64,000 nt of DNA from Convolutriloba macropyga (lineage: Eukaryota). The stretch is taken from contig NC_134470.1 of NCBI RefSeq assembly GCF_964194025.1, positions 76,880,001 to 76,944,000 of the forward strand. The letters are read 5' to 3'. Positions 1 to 14,035 of the stretch are shown piece by piece. Below the pieces are notes generated by a model. That model was given only the letters and a program-made list of their open reading frames with translations. It was not told the origin of the DNA and made no database searches. Positions within the stretch are counted from its first letter, which is position 1; every line of letters starts with the position of its first letter. Made by a program: the position numbers and the translations under genes.

Positions 1-2690
1 TCAGTCGCGTGACTGTGTTTATTGAAATTTTGTTGTTTTTATGCGCTATTTATTATACCAACATAGCTAGGTCTAAATAACTACTACTTAGTACTGTGAC
101 TTGTAGAGTGGTATTGGATTGTATGCCTGCCTTTTATATTACTGCTTCTTATAAGAACACAATAAATGACATTCATGGATGGATTAGCAAACTGAGAAAA
201 GGATTTGTCCTGAAATCCACAGATTTCACCTATTCCACCCCACCCCCCCCCCCCTGATCCAGAAGAAAACAATGACCAGTACCTCAAATTGAACTTAGAA
301 CTTATTTTCTTTAAAGGCAGTCATGACAAACGATAACGAGTCAAATGCAAAACATAAGTACGAGAGTAAGTTTTTCGAGAAAGTTACTTACCAGCTTTCA
401 GTTTGAGCTCAATTCTCACATTTCAATCTATAAATACGTTCAACCCTAAGTGCTGATAATTGACTAGTAGCTTCATATGTACAAAAAATCAAGTTTTTGA
501 AAGAAGCATAAACACAAACATGACAAACTCAATGCTTGCCTGTCAAAAACAATAAATAAGAAAAACAATTTTGAGTTTTATTTTTTGACTAGCTATCATA
601 AGTTCTACAATATGTCATTGGTGTTAATTGAGTGCCCAAATCTGGTTGCATAGAACTAATGTACCATTATTTCCTGCAATTCGCATTTTTTTCCCTGGAA
701 TTTGCAGCAGAAAATTGACACAGCAATCAATTAGAGATTAAGTTTTGTTATTTGAGGAATGACCAAACTGAGGCTACCCTTGCTATTAAAAAAACAATTT
801 AGTGAGACAAGAAAGAACTCTTGGCAAATTAACCGATGCAGATTACCCGATGCAGAAAAATTCATCTACGTGAAAAAGACATAGTTTTTCAAATAAAAAG
901 AGCGTGTTCTGAAAGACGTTTAACTCATAGGGAAAAAAGAATCAGTCCAGCAAACAAATTAGTTTTGTAAACTACTGTTAGTTCTGTAGACATTTATTCT
1001 GTAAGGAGACAAACATGGAGCACTTGAAATATCTCTAGAAAGAAATTGGGGCGAAACCAAACCTGCGAAAAGAACAGTAGGAATATCTTTGATTTCCCAA
1101 ACCGTTTTTTTTCTAAGGCTCATAAAAACAATAATAGTAAATGATATTCAATAATCGTTATTGACATTCGTGGGATATTAAAGGACATTCATGGGATGAT
1201 AAACATTGGTTTTATCATAGTGCTTTCGTTAGTGTTTTATCATAGTTAAAATTAAATTTCCGTGCTTTTCCTGTACAGGGCACGTCTTATTGCAAGTTTT
1301 TCAGTTTATCAGATAACATTTGCAAGCTGATTCCCAAGACAAAACACACTTTAAAAAGCACTTTAAATTTTCGAATAGCGGAAAATAGCGGAAAAAAAGT
1401 GCCACGATTTCAATACAAATTTTCAGCCATTTACCTGGGATTTCGAAAATTGATATGAAACTGAAACCAAATGAGACCAAACAGTAATCCAGGAACCCGA
1501 AAGGTCACAATGGGTCTGGCGTTTTGAGCCGTATCTGCCCGTTGAACCGAATTTTACAAAAAAATGATGCAATGAAATTTTGATGCAGTCTTGAGACGTT
1601 CTGTGACGTTCTGCTAAAGTCTTGTTAAAGAGTTGCAATTCCAAATGATAGTCTTGGTTAATTCTTGTAAGTTTAAGTGCCAGTCTTAGCCATGACTTGC
1701 GTTTCGACTTGCAAGTCTTAACCAAAGACTTTCTGTGAACGTCTAGGCCACGATTTGCGCATTTAGACAATCATGTGATGACGAAGACTTGACCTTAGAC
1801 TGTTAAAAGTAATTAGTGTCATGATCATAGCTCTGAACAAGTACTGATTTAGGACTTGCAATTAGAGGTCGTTAGTACTGATATTGGCTTGCCGTGGGGT
1901 CCCGATTCTCGCTTCGATTTTTTAGCGTTCGATATCAGACCAGTAACGCAGAATGAAATCTTACATTTCCTCGTTTTGAAAACAATAACGAAGAACATAA
2001 ATGATGCCCATATCAGATTTAATGCTCGGGCCGTAAGAGCTGCAAGCATGTATTATTGATTCAATTACAGTTCCTGGTTCAAAGTTGCACCAGTTACAAT
2101 AGTTGTTCTGCAACCATTTAATTACCCTGGAAAAGGTTCTAATGATTCAACATAAATTTCTAAGTTCTACTTTTTATTATTCTTGTGCTCTGAATGCTCG
2201 TTTTGAGTTGCTTATATACTCAAATACAAAAAATGTTACTGGCCCAGAACTTTGGAAACGTTAATCCCCAACCCGATTCTGTTTTTTTTAAAAAAAATGA
2301 TAAAAGATCATTAGGAGAACTACATTACATACTCATAGATTTTGCCAAAAAATTAATTTCTAAATTGAAACATATTCTTCAACAAGTTATCCAGATATAG
2401 AAACATAGATAACGCTGCAAAATTGATTCCATCTTTTATTCTGCCGATAAAAGACAACAAAATCAATAAAACGAATCACAGTCCAATTGCGTAACTAGAA
2501 CTGGAGTTTTCCTCGAAAATCAATTTTTCAAAAAAAAGTTATTTTCGTTCCAATTAAAACAATGACGAATTACACAAAGAATGGAAACAGTCTTCCACAG
2601 TAACTGAAAAAAAACTTTCTTATAAATGGCGAAAAAACCGGGCTAAAATTTGAATTTTTGGAATGATTGATTTAACATTATAAAAACCAT

Positions 2691-2802
2691 GTACCCTAAA
2701 AGAGCAGACACTTTTGAAAAATAGTTTACTAAGCTTTTCTATGGTCAATTGAACAAAGCCCCCTCTAAGTTGGAATTCTGTAAATGACTTTAATTTGAAT
2801 TG
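2691..2802. repeat. Short dispersed repeat, second copy at ~6437-6553 inside the BEL remnant
   Basis: Shared CTATGGTCAATTGAACAAAGCCCCCTCTAAGTTGGAATTCTGT core. Confidence 0.85.
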
Positions 2803-5379
2803 GAATTTTGACTTGATACGACATTAACGCTGGATAGATGGTGGTAATCAGTTAAAAAACTTTATGTCGATTCAACTTTCAACAGATATCTTATCAGAAA
2901 ATGTGTTTTTTTTTATAAGTTGTTCACTCGAACAGACAAAAGAAAAAGAATTAGGTTTGGCTTTATATTTGCATTAATTTGACAATTAATTTGAGAGGTT
3001 ATTGCTCATGCGTTTTTTCATGGAAGTCCCTGATCTATAACTCAGACAGTTTTTGGAGGGGTTGGTTGGTTAGAAATGATTCAGAGTCTCTTAGGCAACC
3101 AAGAAGATCCTGCTCCCCCCAAGACTTGTCTATTTGCTATTGTTCATTTTTAGTATAAGTTATGTTGAATTTCACGTTTTATTTCAAGATTCTTTGTTTA
3201 TGTTTGTGCGGAACCTTCTAAGTGAAAACCTCTCTCTAAAGTGCAAAACCAAATCCATTATGTTTCGCCCCTAGTCTCGAAGCTCCCATTACAATGTATA
3301 CACCTTGCTATGCAAAAAATTAGCACGTGCGCGGTGGTGTGTAGAAGATATTTGCCCACTAAGATGGGGGAAAACATCCAATTAGATCCGCAAAATCTTA
3401 TCAACTTTCAAATTTTTGAAAGTGAATTTGTGAAACAAAACAAAGATTAAAGCGCAAATTAAACTTTTGGTCTCAAATTGTCTCAAAATTGGCATTAAAT
3501 TGTCAATCATAATTCAAATCAACCACGATAAATTACCGTACGTGAAAGTTGAGAAATTTCCTCCCGCAGTATCAAAAATTTCAACCAAGTAAGGCCCTGG
3601 ATATGTATGAAAATTAGGACGTAAACACTCCTAATACTTTTTGCCAGTCTCGTAGATTTCCTTATTACTTGAGAGACAAAATCTTTTATTAAAAGAACAC
3701 AAACTACAAAGGAACTGAGACGAAAACAAGCATCCCAAAAATATAAATCATGAGTGATAAATTTTTACCAACACCATTAATCCCAAAGCCATTTGACGCA
3801 ATTCACTTTGATTTTATCGTTCAATAATTGGACTGCTCTTTCGCAGTCGTTTTTAAGTTTATCCTGAAATTTACTTAACGAAAAAAGAAAAATTGAATAC
3901 TTGAAAATTGTGAATTTTAGTCTTGTCTTGCAAATAAGAAGCCAAATTCATACGTAAATGTTTCTGGTAAAAATGGATCTAAGAGCTTTCTCCAATTTAA
4001 GGCTTCAAAAAATCTCAATTTGAAGAAAATTTCTTTTAGATCATTTTTTGATACGTACAACGCTTACAACTAGCTTAACTGACATTTTTCTGACCAAAAT
4101 AAGCTTTGATAACTTAAGTTCTGTTTTGAGGAGGTTTTTATCTGCTTTTGTCATTGAATTTACCTACAAAGCAAAAACAAAATCAATAATTTCCATTATA
4201 CTTATTTTTGGAGGTCATTCAAATTTCATTATTCAAGTTGACGAAGTGATTCAAATTTACTCAAGATCAGGAGTTTCTAGAAAAAAAACAGTTTTTAACG
4301 TAATCCAGGCAAAAAACTGAATTCAACTCTGCCTTGTCAAAAGTTTTTTGGCTTGCTCTAAAATATCCAGAATCGGACCCTATCCATATAATCTCAAAGC
4401 CCTCTTGTTTACCTCCTCGTTTTTGGATTTTGAAAACAAGAGGGCCTTAATCAACTTTCTCAATATGTTTAATTCAATCGAGCTAAGTAATCATATATAA
4501 AGTAATTCTTTCTCCAATAACTTTGTCGAAGATATTTTATTTTGAATTGAAACATTTAACCATTAACTTTCTGCGTGTTTTGAGCAGTAGGGTTGTGTTT
4601 TAGTGTAACGCTTGCTCTCCCAATTATGACAAAGAAATTTTTACACCACCCGATTTGTTTTAGCGATTAAAAATCAGTCCAGATATAACGTTTTCGCCTT
4701 TTGTTTTTGTGACTCTATATCCACTATGATTTAATATTTGCATTACAAATTCCGTTTACAAACGTTCGTTAAGCTGTAATTTTTCATTACCACAGTCGAC
4801 TGGGATTGCTACGGATTATACCTTACGGGATCATTTTTTGCAACATATTAATCTGATAGATAAAGAAATCGGTGATAAAGATATATTCGTATGAATTGTT
4901 TCAGCAAAACAATATAAACCTAAACTTAACTCAAGGGTTGCTCTAGACAATCTATATGATCATGAGCTCAAGCAAATAAGCCGGAAACATCACCAGTGGA
5001 ATTGCGGCTCAAAGGATTTGTAGATGTATACAGAATAACAATTGTTTTTACTAATCAAGAAGAATTTTTCATACAACACACATTAAAAGTTCGCTGCTCA
5101 AGGGCAATTATAGCGCAAGAAATTGTAACACAGTTTTCCTTGCTAATGTCAATTTAATTTTGCAATAGATCTGCTGAGTTATTATAACAAAATCCTCATC
5201 TGCTGCCGTTGATGTGGCTGATACGTTGCAGTGTTGCAGTTCTTTTGCCGTTCGTTGATTTTTCCGCATGACTTTGACTATAATTATTACTAGCGCTATA
5301 ACTACATCTTATGAATAATACTATGACGTAAAAATTATCTATGATAACAGAAGAATGTTAAAGATAAACACGGATTAAT

Positions 5380-8300
5380 TTTTAGTTTGGCCCTGAGAAC
5401 TACAAATATTTGTAGACTCTTGTTTTGTTACAATTTTTGGCAATTGAAGTGCTTCATCAAATTTCCTCAATTCCTTTGTAATTCGATGGTACAAACACAA
5501 TGGCCTTCCTGCAGTTTTCTGTTTCATTCGTTTTGCCATGTTCGCAGAGTTTTCAGTGTTAGAGGACACGCTTTTCGGAAATTGTTCGAGATGAGATTTA
5601 ATTTCGTGTAATTTTGTGTATGTTGCCTGCGCTTTCGATTAATACCAAACTAACCTGCGCATGGTTGTTATGGAAGGCAGGTATTGTATTAGCAAGCCAA
5701 AAGTGGTTGGTGGCAATAACGTCGACGTCTAGTGCGAATGGTCTTGTACTCAATGACTGCTAAATAAGGCCACATTGTTGTTCAAAGAACGTCTTCAGCA
5801 ATTGATGTGTTCACCAGCGCTCTATACCTTGTTTCCGTGCAACTATTGACAAAATGCTCCCATGCTTTTGCAAAGTGGACAACTTTAACTGGTTCGCTGA
5901 TCTACAAAGTTATCCTCAATATTCTCTTTCTTCGATACTGCCGCATAGTTTTTGAATTCCTGGTATGTCCAAACTCTTTTTGAGCTATGTAAAGCATAGT
6001 TCCGTTTAGATAACTGTCAGTATCTACTGGTTTTACGGTTTTGAACATCTGAGCAAACATTATCATCGCGTTTCAATTTTGTGCCGAATTTTTAATGTTT
6101 AATTTCTAGAATGCTCTGTAAATTTTCAGAGGGGCCTACTCCAACACTTGCAAAAACCATTGAGGCAACAAGCCGTGCTCTTGATTACTCGACCATCACT
6201 AGAGCCGCCTTTGATGCTTTGACTATTCCGCACATCAAACGTTTTGTTTTGTGTCAAATAAACAAATGGCATTTGGTCAGCAAACAATTCATAACAGTTG
6301 CAGATTTATGCATTCAACATATTCATTTTCCTCAATAAAATTTTTTGGGCTCGTTAATCAAGAAATTTTTGACAACCTGAAATTTCCAATGAAAGAATTT
6401 TGGATGACCAAGGATTCAAAAAATTTGGAAAACCAAGTACCCTAAAATTGCAGAAACTTTTGAAAAATAGTTCACTAAGATTTTATATTCTATGGTCAAT
6501 TGAACAAAGCCCCCTCTAAGTTGGAATTCTGTGAATGATTTTATTTTGAATTGAAATCACACGTTTCGCACGTTCTCCCTTTGGCGCAAAAAAGTTTCAT
6601 TTCGTCAATGAAAGGTCAGAACTGAACCGCTCTTCTCCATTCTATTCAGTATCCTCTATACTGTTGAGATTTCTAAATTGTTCCCACTGGTTTCTATTCT
6701 TCAATCTAAGCTAGGAATAACGATACGGGTATGTTCTCTTCATCTTAGGCAAAGAATATGTCGGCCATTTCTCAAACTTTTCACTTTATGGTTTTTCTAT
6801 AAGTCATACAATTAAGCAACTCACTTCCTTCAATTTTCTTGGCAATTATTGCTCTGGTGGTATTATCCGCTGGGTTTCAATTACCACTCACCTTTTTAAT
6901 TGTGATAAACAGTTGTAAGTGCACAATCACAGCCACTTAAATGGCCACAAACTCTTTATGTTTGCAATGATAACTATGGGTCCATAGCATTACTGTTTTT
7001 TATCCACCCTAGAAATTGCTAATATGTATCTTCTTCTGTTAATCATGGACAATCTGTTTTTTTTAATCTCACTGTCAACGCCGCTGCTTGCAATTCCCAA
7101 CAAGGTATCAAAATATTTCTCATCTTTTCTATTGCACTCATCGTGTCTTCAGATGCATCACAAAACAAATGGAGTTCTATTCTGTCCTTCTCTGTTTTGA
7201 AGAAATTTCCCTCGATGCCGGTTATAGGTACAATAGCAAGTTGTTTGTTCCACTTAAAAAATTCTGCTAGTGCAACTGGTTCCACTTCGGTGTCCCAAAA
7301 GTTCTTTCATGTAAACATGAATGTAGCTGTTAATCGAAATTGGTCAAATACAGAAGATACCGCAGACAGGAACTTCGTTTGGGTTATGGGAGTCTCATTT
7401 TGTTTGTTGCTTCCTCTACAGACCTCAAAATTATCGTTGGTAACTTTTCACTGGCGCCAAAGTAAGTATGAGACTTCTGTATACAGCTTAAATTCAAGTT
7501 GCTTGTTATAGTTGATCGATTTGAAGTCTTCCTGTATCACTGCAGCGAGTTCGACATTTTTCTAAAATGAATTTCTAAAACTCAAATAGGACAATTTTCA
7601 TTAGCTATGCGGCTTTAATAGTCAGGGTTGGAGAGCTTTTCATTCGTACCCATATTACTTTACGGGTTTATTAGTTTCTGCTCTTGTTATTGTCTGCTCT
7701 TGCCCTGTTCAATAACATGCACTTGTGGAGACATTGATTCGATATCTGTCATCAGCTAATTGGCTGTTCAAGGTTTCTGAAAACTGTCTCAACCAACGCT
7801 TGCATTAAGTGAGGTCCGGCTAGTAGCATTTCGTTCAGATATGCTTCATTATAATTTATGCAGCGTTGCAAACACGGTTGATTTGGCGGGCTTTTGGCTC
7901 AACATTGGAGGCTGTGGCAAAAACCAGTTTTCATAAAATGGTCTTACAGTTCTGCTCCATTCAGTGTCTCCATCAATGTTTCCTCATCATCTGTGTTTTC
8001 TGACTGATGAAATTTTTAGGGTTTGAGTTAATGGCCGTCATTAAATCTGAAAAATTTTTCTATCATCTCATTCAAATAATCAGCTCTGGTTCATTGCTTG
8101 TCGTTCAAGCAAATTTTTTAATACTTAATGCATTGTTGAAAAAGCAGTTGAATTTGCCCGAATTGTCCGGGTTTAGCTTAGGATGGTGTGGCAAAAACCA
8201 TACTTTCCAAAACTGCATCTATTGACCTTTCAAACAAACTTCAAAATTGGTTTTCTCTATGGAATCTTCGCTCCAATAAGTAAAACTGACCTGGGGCTGA

Positions 8301-8620
8301 AGTGTGATTTTTTGAAAAGATCGGTTCACTCAAGAGTATTCTCGTTCGCCTTTAAACTTAGGCATAGTCTCCAGCTCCAACTTGTGATTGTAGTTCTTTT
8401 TTTTGACTGACTGACGGAAGACGTTCAATTTTGAAGCGTAGGCCTCTGTATCAAACCGTTCATGGATATTTTACACCTTCTGTGCTGGCGAAATCATATA
8501 CTTTTTTGCCGGTAATGGGTTCTTTTACTACCCGTCCTAATTCAGTCAGGACAGCCAAATGTTCACCACGCGTTCTTATCGTGGTCAATTACGTAGTTTT
8601 TTGGTGGTGGTGTGAAAAGC
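5380..8620 (-). mobile_element. Heavily decayed BEL/Pao LTR retrotransposon pol remnant
   Basis: Minus-strand motifs in BEL order: LAVLTELGRVV (~8530), RVCNAA (~7870), YLNEMLLAGP (~7825), RNase H LHLFCDAS...IPCWELQAA (ORF 7043-7285), integrase tail RPF..DVDVIATNHF (~5720). Many stops and frameshifts; no LTRs identified. Confidence 0.75.
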
Positions 8621-9229
8621 TAGAGGTTTTCATTTTTTTAGAACATCAGTTAATTGCAGATAGGCAGTTAAAAGACAGTTAATTGAAGTTCGACAAGTGA
8701 GATAGTTATAGTATTTTCAAATTTCATATGCTAGTTAAGGATGAAGTAGAATTGCTGTAACCATCGATATCTTCAAACTCATAATAGTATGATTTTGGCA
8801 GGAATATAGGACAAATTATGTTGATTAGTTTAAAGAAATCTCTTCTGTCAGCTCAATCGAGATGTTATCAAAAGAATTGAAAGAAATAAAAGCAGCTGTG
8901 CTCATTATGCCAACTGACCGAGTACAGAAGATCCAACAATTGGTTTCTAAAACGATTGATAACGATTGAGAACGGATTGAGCGTTACCAGCATACGACAA
9001 GATGAAGAAGAATTGTCGAGAATCTCAGCGACGAAAAAGCTGCATGGGCGAAATATGGGATTGAACAATTAAATTCGAAAATAACTTTGAATAATGCTGA
9101 TCAAAAATTGAATTACTTCCAGTTTCTTTAGCGATAGTGAAGCTTAGAAATGGCATCCAGCTCGCAAGGTTTTCTTGCTGGAAGAGTGCCATTATACTCT
9201 TCTACCAACAAAACATTGCGACCTGGATT

Positions 9230-9519
9230 CAAAAAAATTTCACCGCAAAGCGCCCTCATCTTAGCGATGAATGCGGTGAAAGCTGTGAATTTTTGTAAGA
9301 TTTGCGTTTCTTAGCGGTGATTTTTTTCACCGCATTCAACTGGTAGCGATTAATTTTTTTAACCGCTATCAGGCGAATTCGCTGCTGAAAAAAAATCACA
9401 GCTTAATTCACCGCTTTCACCGCATTCAACGCTAAACGATGCGGGCGCTTTGTGGTGAAATTTTTCACCGCTGTTCACCGCTAATATTACATTATTTTAT
9501 GACCAAACCTCGACCCGAG
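9230..9519. mobile_element. Right-end fragment of the TTCACCGC-repeat DNA element
   Basis: Many TTCACCGC/GCGGTGAA motifs, ending CCTCGACCCGAG. Confidence 0.7.
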
Positions 9520-10129
9520 AAGGTATAACAAAACTCTTAATCGTCAGAAAACCAATCTAATCGATAATTTTTTGAAAAACAAAAATTTCATAAACAGGTC
9601 AAGATCGAAGAGACCGTTTATCTCATCTGTATGGGGAAGACATTACTGCATAAAAATCATTCCTGAAGAACGTTTCGCTAAGTTGCAAATCTTGAAATAT
9701 ACCCCAAGAAGATTAAATTTCAAAAATTTCTGAGAGGCTAAAAGTACTGATATCATTTAGTTCAATGAAAATGCTTGAGTACTATCTCGTTCAAAATTCG
9801 ACGTTCAACTGAAACCTAGAGGTCATCCTGCTTAATTTTATTTAGTAGAAATGATCATTCTGACGTCAAACTCGTAAGAACCTTAATTGGACGCAATTCA
9901 GAAACTTGCCATTAATCTATGCATGAAAATTACTGGAAACTACTGACTAGTTGGAAAAGTATTTAAAAAGTGTTTTTGTCCCTCAATTCATTACAGCAAT
10001 TTTGCATTTGCAGTTGCAAATATTTTGCAAAATTCCCGCAATTTTGCAACTACAGTCCTAGTTTTTGGAAACTACTAATTCAGTTGGAAAAGTAATTAAA
10101 AAGTGTTTTTGTCCCTTAATTCATTATAG

Positions 10130-13100
10130 TTTTTTGGCGTTCCACAGACACTCAGGAGAAAGATTTTCAAAAGGAAAAATTTATTCGTTGATTCTTTCCA
10201 AGAGCCAAACAATTTTCACCTCATTTTTTGCAGCAGTTAGCACTTTTGCAGTTCCAACGCTGGATTTTGATCAAACTAGCCAATCCAACTTTAGCTGGGA
10301 CGAACAATTTGTCCCGGCATTGAATTTCAAATAATTTTCGCAAAACCCAAAGCACAAATTTGTTCTTTTTGATCATTTTCGTCTTCTATTGCTCAGACCT
10401 GTTGAAGAAACCATTGTTTCTGAGGTTACCTAATTGCTTCGCACATTTTCTGTTCCGTCAATTTTCGCGAACTATTGAAAGGCAGCAACTAAAAAATCAT
10501 TTGCAGAAAAATTTTTTTCTATTTTTGTTTTTACTATTTATTTTTTGAGACATTTCTGACTGTCTAGACTTTGCACTGAAAATTGCAGTGGAAACATTTA
10601 CAGGGTTTTACTGTCAGTGTTTTTTCTTCGGCGGATGAAAAAGTTGTAAAAAATGGTACTCTAATTAGCGTTATACTTTTTGCTGTAATTCTGAACAAAT
10701 TTACTTTGTTTTGACAGCAATCTTTTCTTAACGTGCATTTCTTCTGTTTTGTGGATTACAAAACTCCTTTTTTATCTAATGCCGGGTTACACAAAGACAA
10801 TTGTTGAATCAAAAAAAATTGGAAAGTCTTTTGCAATTGTTTCAATTTAATCTAGATTTTTAACTCAACAAATAGCTGAAAATAAAAAGCGTGTTTATCA
10901 GTAATATATTCTTTGGCGACTCCTAACTCTTTTGAGGGCCCTAGTTGGCAAACTATTGTAGGGTCAACTGATTAAAAAGTAGTGTGAAATCAATAGCCAT
11001 TATGTAGAAGTTTTTTTTCAAGTATGTTTAATTCTCTCGCACAGGTAAACCTAATTTAATTTGTTCGTATCGCTTTTAGGTGCAAGTTATGCTCAATGTT
11101 TTTTGATTGGGTTAACTTGATGATAGTTTTTCCATGATACATCGCAGGTAAAGAGAAACTCGTCAGCTTCCTTTGACTCACCTGAAAAATCCTAATTTTA
11201 TCACTGCTTTCACTACATTTTTTTGGCTTTCCACAGACACTAAGGATAAAGAATAAAGATTTTCGGAGGGCAAAAGTTATTCAGTAATCTTTCCCAAGAG
11301 TAAATGTCTCTAACGCATATTTTCCTGCAGTATTCAACTATTTTAAAATTCCCCATTGAGTTGTGATAACGCTAACATTTCCATCATTTGCTTGGATGAG
11401 AAATATAATCTGGTATTGAATTTCACAAATTGAAGTTAAATCCCAGATACCAAAAATTGTACGATTAATTCGTACGATTGTTTTCATCCTTTCCTACTTT
11501 AGCGTGGAGAAAGAGCAATTGATTTTTTTGTTATCTAACTATTCTACACAATTTATGTTTTGCAAAACTTTGTAAAGAATTCAACGACAGCAAGTACAAA
11601 AACATTCAAGAAAAAGTTACCATTTGTTATTTTTAATAATTCCCTCTCAACACATTTTTCTCTGTTTAGATTTTGAAGTTCTCATTGAAAACTGATTATT
11701 GCGCATTAGCCTTAGACCCTTGCAATCAACAGTTAGAAAAAACTTTGAATTTGCATAAAGGTCTTATATGTTCCAACTCAAAAGAGTCCAAAATTAATTG
11801 TTACCTGGAATTTACAAAATGTGATCATTAATAAAAAACCGTAAAAGTTTCAAAAAATGCTTTCTCTAATATTTGGCCCTAGATCAATTTTGTGAATTTA
11901 ACCTTTATTTTTTAACAATAGATTAACTTTTGTCAGAGGTAGCAATAACCGGCAGCGGAACTCAGTGCACAAAAATAATAAATTTTATGTCTTTGTATAT
12001 GTTAACAACCTTCCTGCTTTAATTAAAACAGTTTTAAATTATCTGTTGATGTCAACAAAGCATATGGGAGTAATATAAAAAAATCGCTTCAAATTTTTTC
12101 CAGCAACTTAATAAATGCCCGAAGTAAATAAAGCATAGGCCATGATGGTTTTCTTTGATGTCGTTTGTTTTCAGCTACAGCACAATGAGCATCTTTAACA
12201 TAAAGGGACTTAAGGAAGTTAAATATCACTTTTCAATTATTAAGTAAAATTTGTTGCTGCTATTCTGGTTAAATGTTTGAGTTAGAAGATCACAAAGAGC
12301 ACACATTTTGAGGGCCTCATGAAGCCCGCATCTTCTAGAGAAAAAAAGCATTCCTAAAAAAATAGCACAATACTCAAAGTAAATTTTTCTGAGCTTAAAT
12401 TTATAAACTCGTCTTCAAATTTGTAATTTCTGCAGTTTTGTTTCTCCAAACTGTTGAAGTTAACAAAAACGGATAACACCAAAAAAATGTTTTCAAAGCT
12501 GAACAAAAAATCCCTCATCAATAATAAGCACGAACAAAGTCATGTTGGGAAAAACTGTTTGCATTTCACATCTTTCTCTCCAGAGCTAACGCACAAAATT
12601 GTTCTGTATGATCTTTTTCAATTTTCTGTTCTCTGAAAGACAGCAACCAAAAACATAGTTTTACCGGAAAAAATTACTCCATTTCAATATTTACTATTTT
12701 TTTAATGTTTAAAAATTGCACTAACATTTTCAGTCGAAACATTTAGAGGTCTTTCTGCTAAGAGTCTTTCTTCGGTGAAAGAAAAAGTCGGTAAAAATGG
12801 TACCCTAAATAGCGCTTTATTTTTGCTGTATTTCAGAACAAATTTACTTTGTTCTGACAGCAACTTTTTTTTAACTTGCATTTGTTCTGTTTTGTGGATT
12901 ACAAGACTCCAGCTTTACCTCATGCTTGGTTAAACAAAGACAAATGATGATTCAAAAAAACTTGGAAACTCTGTTTAGTCTGTATCAACTTAAATTAGAT
13001 TTTTCGCTCAACAGATAGCTTCAAAAGAAGAGTTCGCATAATAGTAATATATTCTTTGACGACTCTAAAGGGCTCAGTTGGCAAGCTACTTTGACGTCCA

Positions 13101-14035
13101 CTGATTAAATAGTAGTGTGAAATTAATAGCGTTTATGTAGAAGTTTCAGAGGAGCCTGTCAGCTTCCTTGGACTGACTCTTGAAAACTTTAAAATTGTAT
13201 TCTTATCCCTGATTTCACTACCCTGCTTCCTGTTTTTTGGTTTCCAAAGACATTCAGTATAAAAATTTTCAAAGGGTAAAATTCATTCGATGATCTTTCC
13301 CAAGAATAAATGTCTTTAACGCATATTTTCCTGCAGTCTTTAGCGGTTTTTGAATTTCCACTTTGGATTGTGATAATGCTAACAATTTCATCATTTGCTT
13401 GGATGAAAAATTAAATCTGGCATTCAGTTTCACAATTTGATTTCAAACCGCAGATACCAAAATTGTTTTGTACGATACTTTTCGTCGTTTCCAACTCTGT
13501 TCTTTTGAAAGAGCAATTGTTTCTGTTGTTATATAACTATTCTAGTCAAATTCTGTACTGAAATATTTTGCAAAGAGTTGAACGACTGCAAGTATAAAAG
13601 TTTTCAAGAAAAAGAAACTATTTGTTAATTTTAATAATTTCTTCTCGGCCCAATTTTGACTGTTAAGAGTTTTGAGTTCTCATTGAATAATTATTATTGT
13701 GCTTTAGCCTTAAACTCGTGCAATATGCAGTTAGGAAAAATTTTGATTTTGCATAAAATTTTTTAATGTTTCAATTCGAAAAAGTCTAAAATTGTAACCC
13801 GTGGTTTAAAAAATGTGATGATGCAGAAAACCGTAAAGGTTTCCAAACATACTTTCTCTGTTTTAATGGCCCCAAGTATTTTTTTTGTGCATTTAACGTT
13901 AATTTTTCAACAATAGATGAACTTTTGTCAGAAGTAGCAATAACCAGCAGCGGAACTCTGTGCACAAAAATAGCAACTTTTCTGTCTTTTTATATGTTAA
14001 CAATCTTTCTTCTTTAATTAAAACAGTTTTAAGCT
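10130..14035. repeat. Diverged ~2-kb tandem duplication with older internal repeats
   Basis: Anchors 10625/12766 and 11925/13921; a ~450-bp sub-block recurs at ~10130, ~11220 and ~13235. Confidence 0.8.

Noticed and set aside
3700-4550. Possible decayed non-LTR element on the minus strand
   Set aside because: Only vague motif resemblance; not supportable without a search.
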